64,000 bases of DNA. Origin: Phenylobacterium sp. Lineage in GTDB: Bacteria; Pseudomonadota; Alphaproteobacteria; Caulobacterales; Caulobacteraceae. The notes under the pieces are model-generated. The model saw only the letters and a program-made list of their open reading frames with translations. It did no database searches and was not told the origin of the DNA. The stretch covers positions 128,047 to 192,046 of the forward strand of contig NZ_JAYSEO010000008.1 in assembly GCF_041913825.1 (NCBI RefSeq). Direction: 5' to 3'. Positions 8,687 through 16,666 of the stretch are shown here, one piece after another (position 1 is the stretch's first letter; the number at the start of each line of letters is the position of its first letter). The position numbers were made by a program, and so were the translations under genes.

Positions 8687-10966
8687 GTGAAAGACCGCCC
8701 CGCCATTCTCGATCTGCGCCGAGCCGCCGCCCACGAGCGCCGCCGGCTGGCCGACGAGCGTTGGCGGCGGTTCCAGGCGGCGAGCCTGCGGCGCAACGGT
8801 CCGCGCGCCGCCCGCGTCCCCTCCGAGCGGCTCGCCCTGCTCCTCGCCCGCGGGAAGCTCCCGGGACGGGCCCTGCTGCTCGGCGCGTCGGGGGTCTGGC
8901 GGGCCGACCTGGAGACAGCCCTGGGCGCGGCAGGAGGCGAGACTTCCGGCCTGCTGGACTATGTGCGCGCCGGACCGGATCCCTCGGTCCAGCCCCGGGC
9001 GCTGTTCGACCAGGCCTGGTACCTCGAGGGCGCCCCGGGGCTCGCCGGCGGCCGCTGGGCGCCGCTCGCCCATTACCTCGTGCTGGGCGACCTGGAGGGC
9101 CGCAGCCCCCATCCCCTGCTCGACCCGCGCCGGGCGCGACGGCCGGGCAGCCGGCTCAGCGCCCTCCAGGACTTCCTGTTCGAAGGGGCCGCGGCCGGCC
9201 GAGACCCGCACCCGCTGTTCGACCTGCGCCACTATGTCGGACAGTGCGAGGCCGTGGCGCGGACGGGCGAGAACCCGCTGGTCCACTACCTGCGGGAGGG
9301 CTGGCGCGAGCGGCTCGACCCGCACCCGCTGTTCGCCAACGCCTGGTACCTCGGCCACGCCCCGGGCGCCGCAGAGGCGGGCGTCGCTCCCCTGCTCCAC
9401 TACGTGACCCGCGGCGCGGCCGCCGGCGCCGATCCGCACCCGCTGTTCGAGGCGCAGGTCTGGGGTCGCGACGCGCAGCGACCCGGCGCGGCCGACGATC
9501 CGCTGAGCGCCTACCTGGCGAGCTCCGAGCGGGCGGCGCGCAGCCCTGGCCCGCGCTTCGATCCCGTCCACTACCTCGCCCAGGCGGGGGAGGCCGCGCG
9601 CGCCGATCCGCTGCGGCATTACCTGACCGTCGGCACCTACGAGGGCCTTTCCCCGTCGCCGGCCTTCGACGAGGCCGCCTGGTTCGCCGCCAACCCCGGG
9701 GCCGCCGGCGAGGCGCGCAGCGGCCTGGAGCTGGCCTTCCGCCGGGGCCCGGCGCGGCCCATCGAGGCTGTCCTGCCCCGCCCCGTCGAGGCCGCACGGC
9801 CCCTCCGGCCGGGATCCGGACCGGGATCGGCCGACGTCACCGTGGTCGGCTATCCCTTCAGCCCCGCAGGGATGGGCGAGCACCTCCGGGTGACGCTCCG
9901 GGCGCTGCAGGCCGCCGGCCTCACGGTGCGGCTGGTGGACGTCGCCCAGACCCGCAGCCTGCCGGACCCGGCCTGGGCCGGCCTCGGGGACCTGCTGGTG
10001 ACGGAGCTCGGGTCGCTCAATGTCTTCTGCGTCAACGGCGACGAGGCCGACCGGGTGGTGGAGCGGCTGGGACGCGCCGCGTTCGACGCCGCCGTCAACG
10101 TGATCTACCCCGCCTGGGAGCTGGCCCGGTATCCCGAGGCCTACGCCCGGGCTGTGTCCCGCTTCGACGAGGTGTGGGCGCCCTCCGCCTTCGTGCGCGA
10201 CGCGATCGACGGCGCCGTGGACCGGCCGGTCCACACCATCCCGCTGGCCGTGGAGCCCGCGCCTCCGCCGGCGGCCCTGGGCCGGCTCTGGTTCGGGGTG
10301 CCAGAAGGACGGTTCACGGTGCTGTTCTTCTTCGATTTCGCCTCGCATCCAGCGCGCAAGAACCCCGAGGCCGTGCTCGCCGCGGTGGAGCGGCTCCTCG
10401 CGCGCCGGCCGGACGCCGATCTCCACTGCGTCATCAAGGTTCGCGGCGTGCCGCCGACCCGGGCGGCCCGGGACGCCTTCGAGGCGCGGGTGGCGGCGCT
10501 CGGCGACCGCGCCCAGGTGCTCGGCGGCGACTTCAGCGACGAGGAGATGCGCGCGCTGATCGCCGCCTGCGACGTGTTCGTCTCGCTGCACCGCTCGGAA
10601 GGCTTCGGCCGCGGGCCGGCGGAGGCCATGGCGCTCGGCCGGCCCACCATCGCCACGGGCTATTCCGGCAATGTGGACTTCATGCCGCCGAGCGCCGCCC
10701 TGCTGGTCGACTACGCCCTCACGCCCGTGCCGCCCGGGGCCTATCCGCACGGCGAGGGCCAGGTCTGGGCCGAGCCCTCCGTGGAGCACGCCTCAAGGCT
10801 CATCGAGCAGTTGCTGGACGACCCCGCCGCCGCCCGATTGCTCGCCGAGCGCGGCCGCACGCACGTGGCCGGGGCCCTGTCCTACGCGGCGGTCGGCGCC
10901 CGCCTGCGGGCCCGGGTTCAGGCGCTGGGGGCGCGGCGCCAGACCGCGAGGTCGAGCGACAGGTAG
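8687..10966 (+). CDS. Glycosyltransferase family 4 (GT-B) with long N-terminal repeat module
   Basis: 759-aa ORF with a GTG start. aa ~88-336 are repeat units. The C-terminal part has GT4 motifs (FTVLFFFDFASHPARKNP ... SLHRSEGFGRGPAEAMALGRPTIATGYSGN). Confidence 0.75.
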   Translation: MKDRPAILDLRRAAAHERRRLADERWRRFQAASLRRNGPRAARVPSERLALLLARGKLPGRALLLGASGVWRADLETALGAAGGETSGLLDYVRAGPDPSVQPRALFDQAWYLEGAPGLAGGRWAPLAHYLVLGDLEGRSPHPLLDPRRARRPGSRLSALQDFLFEGAAAGRDPHPLFDLRHYVGQCEAVARTGENPLVHYLREGWRERLDPHPLFANAWYLGHAPGAAEAGVAPLLHYVTRGAAAGADPHPLFEAQVWGRDAQRPGAADDPLSAYLASSERAARSPGPRFDPVHYLAQAGEAARADPLRHYLTVGTYEGLSPSPAFDEAAWFAANPGAAGEARSGLELAFRRGPARPIEAVLPRPVEAARPLRPGSGPGSADVTVVGYPFSPAGMGEHLRVTLRALQAAGLTVRLVDVAQTRSLPDPAWAGLGDLLVTELGSLNVFCVNGDEADRVVERLGRAAFDAAVNVIYPAWELARYPEAYARAVSRFDEVWAPSAFVRDAIDGAVDRPVHTIPLAVEPAPPPAALGRLWFGVPEGRFTVLFFFDFASHPARKNPEAVLAAVERLLARRPDADLHCVIKVRGVPPTRAARDAFEARVAALGDRAQVLGGDFSDEEMRALIAACDVFVSLHRSEGFGRGPAEAMALGRPTIATGYSGNVDFMPPSAALLVDYALTPVPPGAYPHGEGQVWAEPSVEHASRLIEQLLDDPAAARLLAERGRTHVAGALSYAAVGARLRARVQALGARRQTARSSDR
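8948..9694 (+). repeat. About seven copies of the ~36-aa repeat (coding)
   Basis: e.g. NPLVHYLREGWRERLDPHPLFANAWYLGHAPGAAEAG / VAPLLHYVTRGAAAGADPHPLFEAQVW. Confidence 0.7.
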
Positions 10967-12297
10967 AAGAGGCCCGTCAGCGCCGCCACGTCGAGGAAGT
11001 AGAGGTAGCGGTAGTCGCAGGCGATCGAGATCACCAGGAAGCTCGCCGCGAAGCCGAGCGCCGCCACCTGCAGGGCCAGGATCGGGATGTCGCCCGGCCG
11101 ACGGCGCAGCAGCAGGACCCCCGCCACCGCGAGCGCCAGGACCGCATAGGCCACGTGAGACATGACCGGCGTGTCCATGAACCAGGTGACGTAATTGTAG
11201 AGCTGGATGTCGCGGGCGTCGTGCCGTGGCTCGAGCCCCAGCCTGGCCATCGGGCCGGGCGGGCCGGCGACGCCGACGTGCACGGGCAGGCAGCGGTCGA
11301 TCACCGGGGTGGCGAACACCCAGCCGAAGTCGGCCAGGCGGATCTGCAGATAGCCCAGCGGGTGCTCGCGGATCAGCCCCAGCCACTCGGCGCGGACCGC
11401 GTCGTCGGGAAGGCGCCAGAAAGTGCGCGCCAGCGTTCGGTCGAGGCCGATGTAGTCGACCCGCTCCGGCGACCAGCGCTGCGGCGCGCGCGCCCGCAGG
11501 GTGTCGTCAGAGACCGGGTTCGACCGGTCGATGCGGGCCAGCGGCAGGTTCGGGTCGCGCGCCAGGAAGCCCGCGATGTCGTGATGCTGGACGATGCGCA
11601 CGCCGCGGGAGATCGAGATGTCGTCGCGGTTCTTGATCGGCGTGGCGCTGACCGAGAGGGTCTGGGCGACGAGCGAGACCACCACGAGCCAGCCCAGGCT
11701 CCACCCGGCCATCGCTCGCCAGCCACGCTCGCGCGCGGCCCAGGCGACCGCCGCCGCGGCGGGGAACCACGCGACCAGCCCGTTCTGGCGCACCAGGCTG
11801 GCCATGGCGAACAGCAGGGCCGCGGCGCCGAGTGCGATCAGTGGCGGCCTCCGGCCCGGGCTCCACGTCCGCGCCGCCGCCACGAGGCAGATGAAGCCCA
11901 GGGTCGCGGTGTTCGCGAAGAACACGTCCTTCCAGACGATCCCCTGGTAGATCAGGATGTTCGGCGTCGCGACCACCGCCGCGGCGCCCAGGACCGCCAG
12001 CCAGGACACCCGTCCCTGCTGACGGACAAGCCAGATCCAGCCTCCGAACAGCAGCAGCGCCGTGGCCGCCACATAGAGCGACGTGCCGGTCAGGAGCTGG
12101 TCGAAGGCGCCGAGCACCCAGGCGTGGAACGGCGGGCCCCAGGTGATCCGCTCGTGCAGCCGCCCTTCGTAAAGCGACAGGATCGGGTCCACCGACAGGT
12201 GCCCGGGCAGGTTCAGCGCCAGCACCAGCACATAGCCGGCGAGCAGGACGAGGCGCGTCAGGTCGGCGGGCTGGAAACGCGAGGCGGGCGGCGTCAC
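10918..12297 (-). CDS. Polytopic membrane protein, GT-C-like (ArnT/PMT-type) periplasmic glycosyltransferase candidate
   Basis: Lower part of ORF 10918..12591, GTG start at 12297 (VTPPASRFQPADLTRLVLLAGYVLV...). GTGA overlap with the upstream stop. Many TM segments plus a ~150-aa soluble loop. Its position after the GT2 and the 4-TM protein fits the ArnC/ArnEF/ArnT logic. Confidence 0.6.
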   Translation of the reverse strand: MTPPASRFQPADLTRLVLLAGYVLVLALNLPGHLSVDPILSLYEGRLHERITWGPPFHAWVLGAFDQLLTGTSLYVAATALLLFGGWIWLVRQQGRVSWLAVLGAAAVVATPNILIYQGIVWKDVFFANTATLGFICLVAAARTWSPGRRPPLIALGAAALLFAMASLVRQNGLVAWFPAAAAVAWAARERGWRAMAGWSLGWLVVVSLVAQTLSVSATPIKNRDDISISRGVRIVQHHDIAGFLARDPNLPLARIDRSNPVSDDTLRARAPQRWSPERVDYIGLDRTLARTFWRLPDDAVRAEWLGLIREHPLGYLQIRLADFGWVFATPVIDRCLPVHVGVAGPPGPMARLGLEPRHDARDIQLYNYVTWFMDTPVMSHVAYAVLALAVAGVLLLRRRPGDIPILALQVAALGFAASFLVISIACDYRYLYFLDVAALTGLFYLSLDLAVWRRAPSA

Positions 12298-12662
12298 GCG
12301 GCGGCTCCGGGTCGGGCGACGATGAGGTAGAGGCCGGCGAACATCAGCAGGTAGCCCCCCGCCATGGACCAACTCGGCTGCTCCTTGAAGACCAGCCAGC
12401 CGATCAGCGGCACCAGGCACGAGCCGGTCAGGGAGAAGGCGTAGGCGGTGGAGAGCGGCACCCGGGTCAGCACGTAGAACCACAGGAGCGCGGTCACCGC
12501 ATACCAGGAGAAGGCGCCGATCAGCGGCCAGTTCTGGACGACGCGCCACAGGAAGGGCCCGGACAGCCGCTCGTTGTAGATGGCGCCCCACTTGAACAGG
12601 CCCTGGCCGAGCGGCAGCGCCACGGCGAAGAAGCTGCAGAGCGCAATGTCCTTGGGCGTCAC
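12294..12662 (-). CDS. Small 4-TM EamA/ArnE-ArnF/GtrA-like membrane protein (candidate polyprenyl-P-sugar flippase)
   Basis: C-terminal 122 aa of ORF 12294..14009, starting at GTG 12662 (VTPKDIALCSFFAVALPLGQGLFKWGA...). GTGA overlaps at both ends (12659-12662, 12294-12297). Confidence 0.65.
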   Translation of the reverse strand: MTPKDIALCSFFAVALPLGQGLFKWGAIYNERLSGPFLWRVVQNWPLIGAFSWYAVTALLWFYVLTRVPLSTAYAFSLTGSCLVPLIGWLVFKEQPSWSMAGGYLLMFAGLYLIVARPGAAA

Positions 12663-13738
12663 CGGGAGGCGTCCTCTTCCTGCTCCATCCGGGCGATGGT
12701 CCGCAGGTACGGGTGGATAGGCCGCGTGGGTACGTTCAGCACGTCGAAGTTCATGGCCTGCAGGAGGAACTGGGCGCCGAGGATGATCGGCAGGGCCGCG
12801 GCCATGACGACGCCGGCCGAGGCCGCCTGGCCGGGGACGCGGGTGGCCAGGTAGTTGGCCGCGTAGCCCACCCCGAACAGCACGCCGAACAGGCCGAACA
12901 CCAGCTCCAGGCTGGCGGCGTGGAAGTCGCGGACGAAGTACTGGCCGAGCACCCGCTGGACGAAGTTCTTCGCGTGCTTCAGGGCGAACGGCCCGACGAT
13001 CGCGCCGATCCGCAGGTTCGACACTTCGTCGGCGTAGCGGGCCGGCATGGGCACGTCGCGCACCACGGCGCGCAGGGTGCCCAGGTGGTAGAGCAGGTCG
13101 GTCTCGAAGAAGAAGCGCTGCGACACCCGCTTCTCCATCACCATCCTCGCCACATTCGCCTCGATGGCGGTGTAGCCGTTGGTGGGGTCGAAGATGTTCC
13201 AGTACCCCGTGCTGAGCTTCGCCGCGAAGCTCAGCACCGCGTTGCCGAACACCCGCACCGACGGCATGGACTGCAGGTGGCTGATCGAGGTGAAGCGGTT
13301 GCCCTTGGCGTAGTCCGCCTCGCCGAGCAGGATCGGCGCCACCAGGTGCGCGACGTAGCCCAGGTCCATCTGGTCGTCGCCGTCGACCTTCACCAGCACC
13401 TGTCCGCCGCGGCGGACGGCTTCGCGGTAGCCGGCGAGCGTCGCGCCCCCGACGCCCAGGTTCTGCGGCAGCCGGACCACCACCACCCGCGGGTCGGCGC
13501 AGTTCGCCTCGACGAAATCGCCGGAGCCCTCGGGGCAGGCGTCGTCGACGCAGACGATGCCTTCGACCCAGGCAGGGGCCTTGGCGATCACCTTCAGGAT
13601 GTGCGCCTTCACACGATAGCAGGGGACCACCAGCCAGACGCCGGCCCCGTCCAGCTTCGGCGGCATCACCCGCAAGAGGTTCCGCCGCTCGTCCGGGGAC
13701 AGCGGCGCCTCCCGCGCGATATTGTCGAACGACGTCAT
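12659..13738 (-). CDS. GT2 polyprenyl-phosphate glycosyltransferase (ArnC/GtrB/DPM1-like) with C-terminal TM helices
   Basis: 359 aa. WLVVPCYRV, VDDACPEGS and VDGDDQ (DXD) motifs, with two C-terminal TM helices. Confidence 0.85.
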   Translation of the reverse strand: MTSFDNIAREAPLSPDERRNLLRVMPPKLDGAGVWLVVPCYRVKAHILKVIAKAPAWVEGIVCVDDACPEGSGDFVEANCADPRVVVVRLPQNLGVGGATLAGYREAVRRGGQVLVKVDGDDQMDLGYVAHLVAPILLGEADYAKGNRFTSISHLQSMPSVRVFGNAVLSFAAKLSTGYWNIFDPTNGYTAIEANVARMVMEKRVSQRFFFETDLLYHLGTLRAVVRDVPMPARYADEVSNLRIGAIVGPFALKHAKNFVQRVLGQYFVRDFHAASLELVFGLFGVLFGVGYAANYLATRVPGQAASAGVVMAAALPIILGAQFLLQAMNFDVLNVPTRPIHPYLRTIARMEQEEDASR

Positions 13739-13878
13739 GCGAACGCGGCGCCAGGCCCCCTTGCCGGCGGGCTAACACGGAAGGCGGCGCCGTGCAAAAG
13801 CGGGCCGGCGCGGCGCGGCGCCGTGTTGCGCCGCAGCGCCACGGCTGATACCTCCGCGCCCTCTCGTCGGGAGTGTTG

Positions 13879-14712
13879 ATGGAAACCGCCACCCACATGC
13901 TGCGGACCGGACGGCGCGGGACGCTGTTCGAGTTCCAGATGGCGCTCCGGGACCTTCGGCTGTCGGGCGAGCGGCTAGGCCTCGCCTGGTCCCTGGCTTG
14001 GCACGACATCGTGTCCCGCTACCGCGGCTCGATCCTCGGCCCGTTCTGGATCACCCTCTCCATGGGCCTGATGGTCCTTGGGATCGGCTTCCTCTACTCG
14101 CGCCTGCTGAACATCCCGCTCGACGAGCTGATGCCCTATGTGGCGCTCGGCATCGTCTTCTTCGGCGTCATCAACAGCGTGGTGAACGAGGGCTGCGAGA
14201 CCTTCGTCCACGCAGCCGGCATGCTGTCGCAGACAAGCCTGCCGATGTTCACCTTCCTGTGGCGCACGGTGCTGCGCAACGTGATCAACCTGGCCCACCA
14301 CCTGGTGATCGTGGTGGCGGTGCTGGTCTGGTTCGGCGCCTGGCGCGACGCCAATCCGGCGCTCGCCATCCTCGGCCTGGCCTTCCTGGCGCTGAACGTG
14401 TCGTGGATGGGGATGCTGGCGGCGATCGCCTCGGCCCGCTTCCGCGACATCCCTCAGATCGTCGCGTCGGTGATGCAGTTCGCCTTCTTCATGACGCCGG
14501 TGTTCTGGCAGGCCAACAAGTTCGGCGACAAGCACGTCTTCCTGACGCTCAACCCCTTCTACCACATGCTGGAGGCCGTCCGGGCCCCGCTGCTCGGCGC
14601 CCCCGTCGCTCCGCTCAGCTACACCGTGCTGGCGGTGATGGCGCTGGCCGGCTGGGCTCTGACCTTCAGCGTCTTCGCGGTGACCCGCCGCCGGATCGTG
14701 CACTACCTATGA
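13879..14712 (+). CDS. wzm: ABC-2 type polysaccharide export permease (Wzm/KpsM/TagG family)
   Basis: LAWHDIVSRYRGSILGPFWITLSMG signature and 6 TM segments. ATG 13879 is preceded by GGGAG 5 nt upstream (the track start at 13873 is a GTG). Confidence 0.85.
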   Translation: METATHMLRTGRRGTLFEFQMALRDLRLSGERLGLAWSLAWHDIVSRYRGSILGPFWITLSMGLMVLGIGFLYSRLLNIPLDELMPYVALGIVFFGVINSVVNEGCETFVHAAGMLSQTSLPMFTFLWRTVLRNVINLAHHLVIVVAVLVWFGAWRDANPALAILGLAFLALNVSWMGMLAAIASARFRDIPQIVASVMQFAFFMTPVFWQANKFGDKHVFLTLNPFYHMLEAVRAPLLGAPVAPLSYTVLAVMALAGWALTFSVFAVTRRRIVHYL

Positions 14713-15458
14713 AGGCGCCCCCCGTCACCATCTCCTGCCGCGACCTGACCATCCGCTTCCCGGTCTACGGGGTGGACGCCAAGTCGCTGAAGAAGCACCT
14801 CGCCGGCATCACCGTCGGCGGGCGCCTCGGGCAGCACCACGGCTCCACCGAAGTGACCGCCATCCAGCACCTGAACCTGGAGCTGAAGGCCGGGGATCGG
14901 CTGGGTCTGATCGGCCACAACGGCTCGGGCAAGACCACCCTGCTGCGGGCGCTCTCCGGCGCCTATGAGCCCGACGAGGGCCAGATCGAGGTGCAGGGCC
15001 GGATCGCCGCCCTGCTCGACCTCAGCCTCGGCATCGACCCCTCCGCCACCGGCTACGACAACATCCGCCTGCGCGGCCGCATCGCCGGCCTGTCCTCGAA
15101 GGAAATCGAGGAGAAGATGGGCGAGATCGCCGACTTCACCGGCCTCGGGCCCTTCCTGGCGATGCCGGTGAAGACCTACTCGGCCGGCATGCAGGCCCGC
15201 CTGGCCTTCGCGGCGGCCACTTCGGTCGAGGCCGACGTGCTGCTCATGGACGAGTGGATCGCGGTCGGCGACGCCGACTTCCAGAAGCTGGCCCACAAGC
15301 GCCTGCTGAAGCTTGTGGAGCGGGCCGGCATCCTGGTGCTCGCCAGCCACGACCTCGACCTGCTGCGCCTCTACTGCAACAAGGTCATGCGGATGGAGGC
15401 GGGCGTCGCCTCGCCGGTCACCGACATCAAGAAGCTGGACGAGCTGCTGGCCGCCTAG
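14709..15458 (+). CDS. wzt: Polysaccharide export ABC ATPase (Wzt/KpsT/TagH family), short form without C-terminal carbohydrate-binding domain
   Basis: Frame of ORF 13998..15458 from ATG 14709 (ATGA overlap with wzm). Walker A GHNGSGKTT, signature YSAGMQARL, Walker B VLLMDEW. Only 249 aa. Confidence 0.85.
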   Translation: MKAPPVTISCRDLTIRFPVYGVDAKSLKKHLAGITVGGRLGQHHGSTEVTAIQHLNLELKAGDRLGLIGHNGSGKTTLLRALSGAYEPDEGQIEVQGRIAALLDLSLGIDPSATGYDNIRLRGRIAGLSSKEIEEKMGEIADFTGLGPFLAMPVKTYSAGMQARLAFAAATSVEADVLLMDEWIAVGDADFQKLAHKRLLKLVERAGILVLASHDLDLLRLYCNKVMRMEAGVASPVTDIKKLDELLAA

Positions 15459-15464
15459 GCGGCC
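15449..15464. other. Perfect 16-bp palindrome GGCCGCCTAGGCGGCC containing the shared stop codons of two convergent genes
   Basis: TAG of wzt is 15456-15458. TAG of the minus-strand GT4 is the complement of 15455-15457. Confidence 0.9.
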
Positions 15465-16666
15465 GCGCGCAAGCGCGCCAGGCCCCGGTAGATCTGGCTG
15501 TAGAAGAAGGCCTCTTCCTCACTGCGCAGCGGCAGCGGCAGGGCCTGACGCCACGCGTCCAGCAGTTCAGGCCGCGCGGCCACCTCGGCGATGGCCTCGG
15601 CCCAGGCCCCGACGCTCGAGGCCGGCACCACCTGCCCGCAGCCATGGCGCGCCACCCCGGCGGCCACGTTGCCGATGTCCGAGACCAGCGCCGGCAGGCC
15701 CGCGGCGAAGCCCTCGTGCAGGGCGAGCGAGAACGACTCCGGCACCTGGCTCGGCACGCACAGGACGTCAAAGCCGGCGAGGGTCTCGGGCACGCGCTCC
15801 GGCGCGACAGCCCCCTCCAGCGTCACCTGACCGCCGGCCATGGCGATCTGCTCGGCGAGCTCCGGCTCGTAGCAGGGCCCCACCATCCGCAGGACGGCGC
15901 CGGCCGGCGCGGCGCGGGCGAAGGCTTCGGACAGCACGCGGGCGCCCTTGGCCTCTGAGACTGTGCCCAGGTAGCCGAACGTCAGCGGCCGGTCGCCGGT
16001 CCGCGGCTTCGGCGGCCCGAACCGCAGCAGGTCGACGCCGTTGCCGATCACCAGCACCTTGAGGCCCCGCACCTGCTCGCGCGCGCGCTCGGCCACGTAG
16101 TCCGAGACCGCCACGACGGCGGAGGCCTGCTTCAGAAGGCCGGTGAGGCGCTCATAGCGCAGCGCATACGCATCGGCGTCGGACTCGGGGATCGCGCAGT
16201 AGGCGGCGCAGGCCGCGCCGCGTTCCGGCCCAGGGCAGAGCTCACCGTCCACCCGCACCAGGTTGATGCGGTGGCAGAGGGTGAAGAAGTCCGTGAGCGT
16301 CACCGCGTAGGGGATGCGCCGCTGCGCGACGACCTCGACCGCCTCCACCAGCCGGAAGGCGTGCATCACGTGCGCCACGTCGAACGCCGGCCGGCTGTCG
16401 AGGTAGCCCTCCACCCGGCGGGCGAGCTGCGCGTCACGACGGTAGCCGAGCTGGACCAGCGCGTCGCCTACGGCCTGGCCGATCACGTGCACCGGCACGC
16501 CATCCACCGTGTAATCGGCCTTCGCTGGCGGCGGGCCCACCGCGATGCTCAGGATCTCGGCGTAGTGGCCGTCGCGCTGCGCGGCCTTGGCGAGGTTCAG
16601 GGTCACCTGTTCGGTGCCGCCGGCGAACTCCGGCATGAACTGGTGGACGATGTAGAGGATGCGCAT
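15455..16666 (-). CDS. Glycosyltransferase family 4 (GT-B)
   Basis: C-terminal 403 aa of the fused track ORF 15455..18136, starting MRILYIVHQFMPEFAGGTEQV. ATG 16666 shares 1 nt with the upstream TGA. EX7E-type region VPSQVPESFSLALHEGFAAGLPALVSD. Confidence 0.85.
   Translation of the reverse strand: MRILYIVHQFMPEFAGGTEQVTLNLAKAAQRDGHYAEILSIAVGPPPAKADYTVDGVPVHVIGQAVGDALVQLGYRRDAQLARRVEGYLDSRPAFDVAHVMHAFRLVEAVEVVAQRRIPYAVTLTDFFTLCHRINLVRVDGELCPGPERGAACAAYCAIPESDADAYALRYERLTGLLKQASAVVAVSDYVAERAREQVRGLKVLVIGNGVDLLRFGPPKPRTGDRPLTFGYLGTVSEAKGARVLSEAFARAAPAGAVLRMVGPCYEPELAEQIAMAGGQVTLEGAVAPERVPETLAGFDVLCVPSQVPESFSLALHEGFAAGLPALVSDIGNVAAGVARHGCGQVVPASSVGAWAEAIAEVAARPELLDAWRQALPLPLRSEEEAFFYSQIYRGLARLRAAA

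Noticed and set aside
8333-12330. 818-aa (-) and 1189-aa (+) ORFs overlapping the glycosyltransferase genes
   Set aside because: These are shadow ORFs typical of >70% GC DNA. They carry no motifs and have extreme Arg/Pro/Gly content. They are fully covered by genes with clear GT4, GT-C and repeat signatures in other frames.
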